Assembly (NCBI GenBank): GCA_016839605.1
Contig: JAEOTX010000078.1
Location: forward strand, 1 to 58,516
DNA: 58,516 nt
Reading direction: 5' to 3'
Origin: Candidatus Thorarchaeota archaeon
Lineage (GTDB): Archaea > Asgardarchaeota > Thorarchaeia > Thorarchaeales > Thorarchaeaceae
This document shows positions 50,658-58,516 of the stretch, piece by piece. Within the stretch, counting starts at the first letter, position 1, and each line of letters begins with the position of its first letter. The translations under genes were made by a program, and so were the position numbers. A model generated the notes under the pieces. It was not told the origin of the DNA, did not search any database, and was given only the letters and a program-made list of their open reading frames with translations.

Positions 50658-50691
50658 CACTTTGCGCCGCAAAACACTTTCCGCCGCAAAA
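50658..50691. repeat. 17-bp tandem repeat with internal palindrome (candidate operator)
   Basis: CACTTTGCGCCGCAAAA / CACTTTCCGCCGCAAAA in a divergent intergenic region. Confidence 0.7.
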
Positions 50692-50732
50692 AGATTCCAC
50701 GTATTATATACTAACTATGCAGTAGCATACGC

Positions 50733-51491
50733 ATGTCATCTACAATTACTGAACATGCGATAAAGATAGAGAATCTGACAAAGAGGTTTGAGGAAGTCAC
50801 TGCTGTTGATAGACTCAGCCTAGAGATTGGTTGGGGTGAGCTGTTCGGGCTTCTAGGTCCCAATGGAGCTGGGAAATCTACTGTAATCAATATTCTAAGC
50901 ACATTGCTTGAACCCTCTGAGGGAGTAGCAGCAGTTGCTGACCACGATGTGGTGTTCGATGCTGATGCAGTTCGAGAGATGATCGGAGTCTGTCCTCAGG
51001 AACCGGCGTTCTATGAGCATCTCACTGGAAGAGAGAACATCGAGCTTTTCGGAGACCTTCATGATGTGCCAAGAGATGTCCTAAAGGAAAGGGTCGAGAA
51101 TATGCTCGAGAAGATCGGAATGGTTGAGGATGCGGACCGAAGAGCCGGACAATACAGCGGCGGAATGATACGCCGTGTCAGTACTGTGATGGCCCTCATT
51201 AACGACCCTCGGGTTGCCCTACTTGACGAGCCCACAGTGGCCATGGATCCTGTTTCCAAGCGTGCGGTGTGGGACTTCATCCGTGAGCTGAAGAGCAACG
51301 GGAAGGCTATCATCCTAACGACTCACTATATGGAAGAAGCTGAGGAGCTCTGCGACAGGGTTGGAATCATAGACCAAGGCAAGCTCATAGCTCTTGGCAC
51401 TCCCACTGAGCTGATGCTGCAGCACAATGCTGAGAATCTCGAAGAGGTATTCATCAAACTCACTGGAAAGCAACTGAGGGAGGCGGTCTAA
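50733..51491 (+). CDS. ABC-2 exporter ATP-binding protein (DrrA-like)
   Basis: GPNGAGKS, YSGGM, LDEPT and TTHYMEEA motifs. Confidence 0.93.
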   Translation: MSSTITEHAIKIENLTKRFEEVTAVDRLSLEIGWGELFGLLGPNGAGKSTVINILSTLLEPSEGVAAVADHDVVFDADAVREMIGVCPQEPAFYEHLTGRENIELFGDLHDVPRDVLKERVENMLEKIGMVEDADRRAGQYSGGMIRRVSTVMALINDPRVALLDEPTVAMDPVSKRAVWDFIRELKSNGKAIILTTHYMEEAEELCDRVGIIDQGKLIALGTPTELMLQHNAENLEEVFIKLTGKQLREAV

Positions 51492-52652
51492 ATGGGTCTT
51501 AGACGTGTAACAGCTCTTACCAAGAAGAACGTGAAGATGTTCACAAGACAGCCAGCAGTTCTATTCCTACTCCTGCTGTTCCCAATAATTGTTACTGCAA
51601 CCTTCGGCTTGGCTTTTGGAGGCATGGGTGAAGGAGGTGTGACCAACTTCGACGTGGGACTGCTGAATCTAGACACAGCCACAACTGATGCTCAATGGGC
51701 CGGCAACTTCGAAGGGAACCTCACTGAACTTGACGGCATCACAGTGCTCCATTACGAGGCCAACGAAACCGGTCAGGCAGAGTTGCTTCAAGGAAATCTT
51801 GATGCATTCATTGTGATTCCAGAAGGCTTTGGCGACAGCTGCACTTCCTACTGGAATTCTCCATTCAACGGAAGCTCCTGGACCAACACCACTGTGGAAC
51901 TCTATGTAGACAGTGGTTCCATGATTGCAAGCAGTGCAGTGCCACCATTAGTGCAGCAGATTATCTTGACGACTATGTTCGGAAGCGAGGCCACCACTCT
52001 AGACCTGCCAGTGGATATGGGGAGTCCCTCCATGGTAGAAGCAAGCACTTTCTCGCAATGGGACTTCATGGCACCAGGGATATTCGCGTTTGCTAGCATC
52101 TTCATGATAATGATAGTTGCACAGTCTTTGACAATGGAACGAGATGGTGGACTATTGAAGAGGTTGGGTACGACTCCACTCAAGTCACACGAGTTCATGT
52201 TGAGTCAAGTAATCGCGTACATGGTCATCGCGGTCATCCAAGTGCTTCTAGTGTTCACCACGTCTTATGCCATTGGCTATCGACCTGCAACTGATGTCAG
52301 TGGATTGGCATTCGCGTTCGCGATTTTGCTGGCTTTCTCCCTTGTGAATGTGGGCTTTGGCTTGATTGCAGCAACCATTTCCAAGTCAGCTGAGATCGCA
52401 TCTGGAGTGTCATTCATCTTCATTATGCCACAGATGTTCCTCGGCACCTTCATGCCATTAGGCGGAGGTGCAGAGATTGTAGGACAGTTTATGCCAAGTA
52501 ACTACGTGACTAATGCCTTGACCACCATTTTCCTGCGGGGCGCTCCAGTGTCCACTCTCTCGATCTGGATAGATTTGGCACTGGTGTTTGCGATTGGCAT
52601 GGTAGTCCTTCTTGTGGGCATAGTTCTCTTTCGCCGATATGGAACTAGATAG
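51492..52652 (+). CDS. ABC-2 exporter permease
   Basis: TM + extracellular domain + 5 TM; ERDGGLLKRLGTTP. Confidence 0.9.
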   Translation: MGLRRVTALTKKNVKMFTRQPAVLFLLLLFPIIVTATFGLAFGGMGEGGVTNFDVGLLNLDTATTDAQWAGNFEGNLTELDGITVLHYEANETGQAELLQGNLDAFIVIPEGFGDSCTSYWNSPFNGSSWTNTTVELYVDSGSMIASSAVPPLVQQIILTTMFGSEATTLDLPVDMGSPSMVEASTFSQWDFMAPGIFAFASIFMIMIVAQSLTMERDGGLLKRLGTTPLKSHEFMLSQVIAYMVIAVIQVLLVFTTSYAIGYRPATDVSGLAFAFAILLAFSLVNVGFGLIAATISKSAEIASGVSFIFIMPQMFLGTFMPLGGGAEIVGQFMPSNYVTNALTTIFLRGAPVSTLSIWIDLALVFAIGMVVLLVGIVLFRRYGTR

Positions 52653-52662
52653 GAAATCCTAG

Positions 52663-52700
52663 GGAAGGGACAGATGTTCCTTCTCATTCTCTTTTTTCTT
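52663..52700 (+). terminator. Hairpin plus T-rich tract after the ABC permease
   Basis: GGAAGGGAC-AGAT-GTTCCTTCT then CATTCTCTTTTTTCTT. Confidence 0.55.
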
Positions 52701-52773
52701 CTCAATTCAGGTTATAGAGGAGCTTTTATCAAGGAAATGAAGATACGCCATTCTCCGCTGAGAGGAAAGAAAG

Positions 52774-53850
52774 ATGACTTCTGAAGATCAATCTATGGAA
52801 ACTGAATCAGCACCAATAGAAAAGAAATCCAGAGCAGCATATGTGCTCTGGGCAGGGGGAATCGCATTTGCATTTGGATTCACCTTTCTTATCTGGTTCT
52901 TTGGTCCGCTGCTTGATCGATTCGTCTTAGGTCCTGATACAGGTCCTGAATGGTACTATTGGCAGCTACCATCCCCTGATGTAATTGCTCAGTTCATAGT
53001 ATGGTCTTTCTATCTTGCCCATCAGTTTGTTGTTTGGTTTACAATTTATTGGGCTCAAAAGAACCTGATAGCACAGAAAACAAAGCCGACAACATCACTC
53101 ACTAAGTACAACTGGGCAATGGTAGTCATCAATGTCGTATTTGTGGTACTGCACTTAATCCAGACCCAGATTTGGTTTGATGGACTTGCTCAAGATGTTC
53201 CGATTTGGACCAGCCAGGGCTCAGTCATAGTAATGCTCGTTCTAATACTTGCGATCGAGAATCCCAGACGGGGTCTGATTCTTGGAAAGCGGGCTGGTAG
53301 GCCATTCACGGCACGCGTGTCAGGACTCGTAAGACGTATTCACATGTACCCAATTGCATGGGCGCTAGTCTACACGTTCTGGTTCCATCCGATGTTCTAT
53401 GACCCACAGCTACTCACAGGGTTCTTTTACATGTTCCTTCTGTTCACGCAGATGACGGTGGCATACACATCAGTCCACATCGACAAGAGATGGGTCATCA
53501 CTGTTGAGGGGTTTGTTGGCGTGCATGCTCTTATCGTTGCGGTCTTCAATACACTAGACCATGGTAGCACTGACATGTGGGCCATGTTCCTGTCTGGATT
53601 TGTCTTCATGTGGGTCTTCACCTACATGTATGCATTGAATGTGAGAAAAGAAGTGAAAGTGCTTGTCACTCTACTGTACTTCGCATTCCTTGCCTGGATC
53701 TACATCCCTGCACCATTTGGATATGGGCGAGATATCTCCTTCCTGCTGCGTTTGGAGATGCTGTGGATCCCAATCATCTTGTATCTGCTTGCCGCTGTTG
53801 TGGCTGGAATTGGTTACGTCTATCTAAAAGCCACTAAGAAGGCGGAGTGA
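52774..53850 (+). CDS. Multi-pass membrane protein of unknown function
   Basis: About 10 TM segments; His/Trp-rich motifs (HQ, HLIQT, FWFHP). Confidence 0.75.
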   Translation: MTSEDQSMETESAPIEKKSRAAYVLWAGGIAFAFGFTFLIWFFGPLLDRFVLGPDTGPEWYYWQLPSPDVIAQFIVWSFYLAHQFVVWFTIYWAQKNLIAQKTKPTTSLTKYNWAMVVINVVFVVLHLIQTQIWFDGLAQDVPIWTSQGSVIVMLVLILAIENPRRGLILGKRAGRPFTARVSGLVRRIHMYPIAWALVYTFWFHPMFYDPQLLTGFFYMFLLFTQMTVAYTSVHIDKRWVITVEGFVGVHALIVAVFNTLDHGSTDMWAMFLSGFVFMWVFTYMYALNVRKEVKVLVTLLYFAFLAWIYIPAPFGYGRDISFLLRLEMLWIPIILYLLAAVVAGIGYVYLKATKKAE

Positions 53851-53925
53851 GAGAACCTCGCCAGAATGATTCATCCATACTCCTCAATAATGCCTGTAAG
53901 CTTCCACTATTAGTTAGGTGGTTGA

Positions 53926-55026
53926 GTGGAAAGAGTGAGATTGAGGTTGAAGCCTGGGAACATAAAGCTCGTCGGAATGGCATTGATTCTGATGCTATTC
54001 GGTTCACTTGTAATAGTCCTTAGCCCTCATCCACGTTACTACGCTCCTCGTGAACAACCACCACATCCTCACTCTGTTTCTTTTAACGTTTCATTAGATA
54101 ATTCTGTGCGGAATTATCCAATTGAACCACTTACCTACTTCGGCATGCCCACTCGAATTGGAATTACTGACATGAAAACAAATGGGACACCGATTGGATT
54201 TGCTATCCAAGATGGGAGTAACGCTACTGTCTTTGAAATCTCTAGTGTAAACCAAATTGTAAATAGCTCTCTGGTTGTCCAAGTTTCAGAAGACTTCAAA
54301 ATCGTTGTGACTAGAGAAACTGGCAACGCCAATGGCAGTCTTGTGATATTGATTTGGGAAAGAATGCCGCCTCCTCCGGACTTTGATCCTATAGTCATAG
54401 GTTTCGTATATACCAACTTTTTGCTTCTAGTATTTGCAGTGATTGTTCTTTGGAAAATAGTCACAATGAAGACGACACGTCAAAGCATTCGACCAGCCTG
54501 GGTAGCTGTTCTGGTATTATTCGGCCTCGTATTAGTAACTCCTTACATTTCCGGTTCTCTGGGGGGTTTCTTCACTCCCACAGAAGTGACAGAGCAAGTC
54601 TATTCTGATAGGAAAACTCTGGTGTTGAATGGCACCAATCCAAACAGCCTTGTCCCCTTTGGCAATCAAGTTCCAAATAACGCAGAATCATTCAGAATCC
54701 ATTCGTTCGAGGATGCCAACAAAAAATATCATTTTGAATTGGTCGGTGCTAGTGGCGAAGTTTTCCTCTCTGCAACTCATCAAAACTCCACTATAGAATG
54801 GGAAATTCTTGGGGAATATGTCAGTCAGGAGCACAGTCTGATTCTTGAAAGAGTGGATATTGACATTGATGTTAGCCTCTCCATAGAAGCCAGTGTCATG
54901 ATGACAAGAATCCCAGTTGACGTTCTACCAAGCTTAATTCTAGGAGTCATGGGATTCATAGCACTAATCCTAGCAATAGTAACAGGTTTCTCTGTTCAAA
55001 CACGAGAGAAGGTCGGACAAAACTAA
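53926..55026 (+). CDS. Membrane protein with two extracellular beta-rich domains (paralog A)
   Basis: TM-domain-PPPP-TM-TM-domain-TM layout; many N-glycosylation sequons. Confidence 0.7.
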   Translation: MERVRLRLKPGNIKLVGMALILMLFGSLVIVLSPHPRYYAPREQPPHPHSVSFNVSLDNSVRNYPIEPLTYFGMPTRIGITDMKTNGTPIGFAIQDGSNATVFEISSVNQIVNSSLVVQVSEDFKIVVTRETGNANGSLVILIWERMPPPPDFDPIVIGFVYTNFLLLVFAVIVLWKIVTMKTTRQSIRPAWVAVLVLFGLVLVTPYISGSLGGFFTPTEVTEQVYSDRKTLVLNGTNPNSLVPFGNQVPNNAESFRIHSFEDANKKYHFELVGASGEVFLSATHQNSTIEWEILGEYVSQEHSLILERVDIDIDVSLSIEASVMMTRIPVDVLPSLILGVMGFIALILAIVTGFSVQTREKVGQN

Positions 55027-55158
55027 GAGATATTCTTCCTATGGAATCTATTGGCTGTTATGTCAAGAATGATTCATACATACCATTCATCCACACCATT
55101 CAATATGCAATGTATGTCATGCCAAAGTGACTTGGCCGTGATTAGAGGGTGCATCAGC

Positions 55159-56259
55159 TTGAGTCGATGGGTGATAAATGGCAAGGTGATTGGATTCTCA
55201 TTGATGATATTCTTTGGAGGCACCGCGGCTGTTGCACTCTTGGGATATCCATATTATACCTACTCATATCGGGAGTATTCATACTTCAATCCCTACACCT
55301 TCGTTATCACTAGCGATGAGCCAAGCTGGAATGAAACATCAGATCGGACCTTCACCTCACAGATTGGGATCACTGACTTAGAAACAAATGGCACAGCAGT
55401 GGATGTGCTTATTATTGCATCAAATGACGAAATCGTGTTATGTCTTTCCAACGTTACCAAAATTAGCAATGTGACCGTTACCTGCTATATTGCAGGACAG
55501 TCCACCGTTATTGTAGAGAGGACAGATGGTGATGCTGAAGTTGCTCTCACTGTCGTAGTAATCGAAGTCATTCCACCGCCCCCAACTGCCATTGCGTCTC
55601 CTTTTCCGAATATACTGTTCTGGTCATTAGTAGCCATAATTGGTTTCGTGATGTTGATTCTAGTGAAGGGTGAATCTCGTTGGGTGGGTCTGTGGGGAAG
55701 GCGGCTACACTTCTTGATTGTATTTCTAGTCTTGCTAAATATCATCCTTACTGCACCGTATATCGCAGGGTCTCTTGATGGTTCGTTTGTTCCGATAGAA
55801 CAGACTGAAACAATCAACAGTGGAAGTCAGACATTCGTTTTGGATTCAGGAAGCCCAACAGATTACCTGGAGATTGGCAGGGGAATAGAATCAGTGAACT
55901 ACAGTATTCGCAGTGGGCTCCAGATTAACCCTGAAATGATATACCGAATGGTGATTCAAGACTCTCATGGAAGTAGTCTTTTAGAGGCATCCTTTGTGAA
56001 CTCAACTAATTGGTTGATTGAGGGAACCACAACTGGTGGTGCATACCATACTCTGTTGCTTGAGAGAATCGATAGAGATGTGGAGATAGAACTGTCCTAC
56101 TTAGAAACCCAGACTGTCATAAGACCTGACGTAGATCCTACACTAAGCACACTTCAGGCTTTTGCGGGCGGAGCTGTCTTATTCTTGGCATTATTACTGG
56201 GCCTTATTATGGAACCAGAGGGGAAACCGTCAAATCTAGTGAAGTCTGAATATGAGTGA
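55159..56259 (+). CDS. Membrane protein (paralog B)
   Basis: Same architecture and shared motifs as the upstream gene; TTG at 55159 gives the same length as paralog A. Confidence 0.7.
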   Translation: MSRWVINGKVIGFSLMIFFGGTAAVALLGYPYYTYSYREYSYFNPYTFVITSDEPSWNETSDRTFTSQIGITDLETNGTAVDVLIIASNDEIVLCLSNVTKISNVTVTCYIAGQSTVIVERTDGDAEVALTVVVIEVIPPPPTAIASPFPNILFWSLVAIIGFVMLILVKGESRWVGLWGRRLHFLIVFLVLLNIILTAPYIAGSLDGSFVPIEQTETINSGSQTFVLDSGSPTDYLEIGRGIESVNYSIRSGLQINPEMIYRMVIQDSHGSSLLEASFVNSTNWLIEGTTTGGAYHTLLLERIDRDVEIELSYLETQTVIRPDVDPTLSTLQAFAGGAVLFLALLLGLIMEPEGKPSNLVKSEYE

Positions 56260-56289
56260 AGGGTTCTCGAATATTGCAAAAGAAATGGA

Positions 56290-56307
56290 AGCGGCATTAT
56301 AGCCGCT
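56290..56307 (-). terminator. Hairpin plus U-tract after catalase
   Basis: AGCGGC-TATAAT-GCCGCT then TCCATTTCTTTT on minus strand. Confidence 0.5.
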
Positions 56308-56326
56308 CCGTTGTTGATTCAATATC

Positions 56327-57766
56327 CTAAAGACCTAATCTTTCTTTGATGCCTTTTCCGTAGTCGGGATCAGCTCTCGTGAAATGCTCGACCATCCGCT
56401 TTTGGATTTCCTTTGGAACATTACTTAGTGGTCCAGCGATGTTGTCCATCAACCGTCCCTGCTCTTCAGCAGACATGAGACGGAATAGATTTCCAGGCTG
56501 TATGTAGTCATCATCGACTCCTCTAGGCTGGTCATATCTATCAGCATCACCGGAGATCTTCAAAGGTGGCTCACGATAGGCAGGATCAGCCTTCGGCCCT
56601 CCGAAGCTGTCAGGTTCGTAGTTATACCCTGGACCTCCGTCCATATATCTCATGTATCCATCGCGCTGATTATTGGCGACCTCAGCATTTTTCGCTTGAT
56701 TCACAGGAAGTTGCTGGTGATTGACACCAAGTCTGTATCTGTGAGCATCGGCATATGAGAAGATTCTAGCTTGAAGCATCTTATCTGGCGAGAAGGATAT
56801 TCCAGGCACGATATTTGACGGAGCAAAGGCAGCCTGTTCAATATCTGTGAAGTAGTTCGTTGGATTCTTGTTGAGTTCCATGACTCCTACGTCAATCAGA
56901 GGATAGTCTTCATGAGGCCATATCTTTGTGAGGTCGAATGGATTCCAACGGTAATCAGTGGCCTCCTCTTCAGGCATAATCTGGACTTTGAAGTTCCACT
57001 TGGGATAATCTCCTCGTTCGATCCGTTCAAAGAGGTCTCCTGTGGCCCAATCAGGGTCTTCAGCCGTCAACCTAGCTGCTTCCTCCGCAGAGAAATTCTC
57101 TATGCCTTGAGCAGTCTTGAAATGGAACTTCACCCAGAATCGTTCATCCTTGTCGTTGATGAAACTGTAAGTATGACTTCCATAGCCGTTTACATGAGCA
57201 TATCCTTTTGGTGTTCCTCGATCTGAGAATAGGATTGTCACTTGATGCAAGGACTCTGGAACTAATGACCAGAAGTCCCACTGCATCTCATCAGACCTGA
57301 GATTCGTCTGCGGGACACGTTTTTGGGAGTGAATGAAGTCGGGGAATTTTAAGGGATCACGGATGAAGAATACAGGAGTATTATTTCCAACAAGATCCCA
57401 GTTGCCCTCCTCAGTATAGAACTTGATTGCAAATCCGCGAACGTCACGTACAGTATCCGCTGAGCCTTTTTCTCCAGCCACAGTTGAAAAACGTAGCACG
57501 AGATCGGTCTTCTTTCCAACCTTAGAGAACATCTTTGCCTTGGTGTATTTGGTTATGTCATGTGTGATAGTCAGGGTGCCGAAGGCACCTGCACCTTTAG
57601 CATGAACTACTCTCTCCGGTATACGCTCTCGATTGAAGTGAGCTAGTTTCTCAATGAGATGAAAGTCTTGCAGTAGTACTGGTCCTCTCTCTCCCGCAGT
57701 AAGAGAATTTTGATTGTCTGCAACAGGGATTCCTGATGCAGTTGTCATTTTCTTTTCCTTTGTCAT
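56327..57766 (-). CDS. katA: Monofunctional small-subunit heme catalase
   Basis: [26 protein letters not shown] and RIFSYADAH motifs. Confidence 0.97.
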   Translation of the reverse strand: MTKEKKMTTASGIPVADNQNSLTAGERGPVLLQDFHLIEKLAHFNRERIPERVVHAKGAGAFGTLTITHDITKYTKAKMFSKVGKKTDLVLRFSTVAGEKGSADTVRDVRGFAIKFYTEEGNWDLVGNNTPVFFIRDPLKFPDFIHSQKRVPQTNLRSDEMQWDFWSLVPESLHQVTILFSDRGTPKGYAHVNGYGSHTYSFINDKDERFWVKFHFKTAQGIENFSAEEAARLTAEDPDWATGDLFERIERGDYPKWNFKVQIMPEEEATDYRWNPFDLTKIWPHEDYPLIDVGVMELNKNPTNYFTDIEQAAFAPSNIVPGISFSPDKMLQARIFSYADAHRYRLGVNHQQLPVNQAKNAEVANNQRDGYMRYMDGGPGYNYEPDSFGGPKADPAYREPPLKISGDADRYDQPRGVDDDYIQPGNLFRLMSAEEQGRLMDNIAGPLSNVPKEIQKRMVEHFTRADPDYGKGIKERLGL

Positions 57767-57813
57767 ATGATTACACTTCCCTCTAGCATATCATCTAGAC
57801 TATTTTACAAATC

Positions 57814-57841
57814 GTAATGATTACTAACTAGTAATGGTTAT
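57814..57841. promoter_or_regulatory. Fur/PerR-box-like palindromes
   Basis: GTAAT-G-ATTAC (57814-57824), near-copy GTAATGGTTAT (57831-57841), overlapping dyad ATTACTA-AC-TAGTAAT. Confidence 0.65.
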
Positions 57842-57879
57842 ATTTAACCGTTTTGTCATATAGTTAGCAATTAATAGAG

Positions 57880-58335
57880 ATGCAAGTTCAGAAGGTAGAA
57901 AGTGAAAGAGAAATGACAATGACCGAGGACCAACTTATCTCGATTTTGCGGGATAGTGGGTATAAGGTCACGCCGCAACGACTTGCAATCTGCAATTACG
58001 TTCTTTCGAGCAAGGAACACCCTACTGTTGAACAAATTCATTCTGAGATATTGGAGAAAAATCCTACAATCAGCTTGAACACGATCTATCAAACAATGGA
58101 CATGCTCATTGACCTGGGTCTTGTCCAAGAGATGCGGTTTAGTGGTAGTTCATCAAGGTTTGACCCAAATACTTCAGTACATGCCAACATTATTTGTCAG
58201 AACTGCAGCAAGATACGAGATTTCGAATCTGAGGGTATCCGAGAACTCTGGTCACGTATTGTCATGGAGATGAATGTTGAGCCTTTAGGGCAGCGTTTGG
58301 ATGTCTATGTGCTCTGTGATGAGTGTAGGAAATAA
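57880..58335 (+). CDS. Fur family regulator, PerR-like (start likely 57913)
   Basis: TPQRLAI, HPTVE, TIYQT, H...CQNC and CDEC motifs; divergent from catalase. Confidence 0.92.
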   Translation: MQVQKVESEREMTMTEDQLISILRDSGYKVTPQRLAICNYVLSSKEHPTVEQIHSEILEKNPTISLNTIYQTMDMLIDLGLVQEMRFSGSSSRFDPNTSVHANIICQNCSKIRDFESEGIRELWSRIVMEMNVEPLGQRLDVYVLCDECRK

Positions 58336-58412
58336 CCATTGGTCCATGACAGAAAGGTTATATCACCAGTCCGCTGAGGCCCCCAGTACAACCGCAGCTT
58401 GGAGACTCCAAG

Positions 58413-58516
58413 ATGGCCAGTACTTCAGCTAAAGACTCAAAGGCTCCGACTAAGCCAACAGATGTCCTCATAATTGGAGGCGGAATGGCAGGCATTAGTG
58501 CTGCACTCGCTCTCGC
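58413..58516 (+). CDS. FAD/NAD(P)-dependent oxidoreductase, 3'-truncated by window edge
   Basis: MASTSAK...DVLIIGGGMAGISAALAL Rossmann motif. Confidence 0.75.
   Translation, partial: MASTSAKDSKAPTKPTDVLIIGGGMAGISAALAL

Noticed and set aside
50658-50691. CRISPR repeat or eukaryotic E2F site
   Set aside because: Only two abutting 17-bp copies with no spacer; similarity to the E2F motif is likely coincidental
1-58516. tRNA/rRNA genes, IS elements, prophage and SECIS elements
   Set aside because: No cloverleaf, rRNA signature, transposase/integrase ORF or in-frame TGA selenoprotein was seen by eye; a covariance-model scan was not possible

Overview
Archaeal chromosomal segment, most consistent with an Asgard archaeon (probably Thorarchaeota-like; inferred from gene content). 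It carries a eukaryote-like actin, a Rab-like small GTPase, class I LysRS, archaeal TyrRS, KEOPS/Sua5 genes, the exosome-proteasome superoperon (psmA, SBDS, rrp4/41/42, rpl37ae, Brix, pcc1, pfdB), a histidine-utilisation cluster (hutI, hutH, hutU), a sugar kinase/aldolase/AOR operon and a catalase-PerR pair. No rRNA, tRNA, CRISPR array or transposase was recognised. The standout observation is in hutU. The gene is interrupted inside its conserved YGQMTAG motif by a 30-nt stop-containing insert (27479-27508, minus strand) whose ends fold into a canonical bulge-helix-bulge. Cutting at the standard tRNA-splicing-endonuclease positions restores YGQMTAG and a 674-aa ORF. This is a candidate mRNA intron in an Asgard metabolic gene. 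All product calls come from motif recognition by eye, not database searches.
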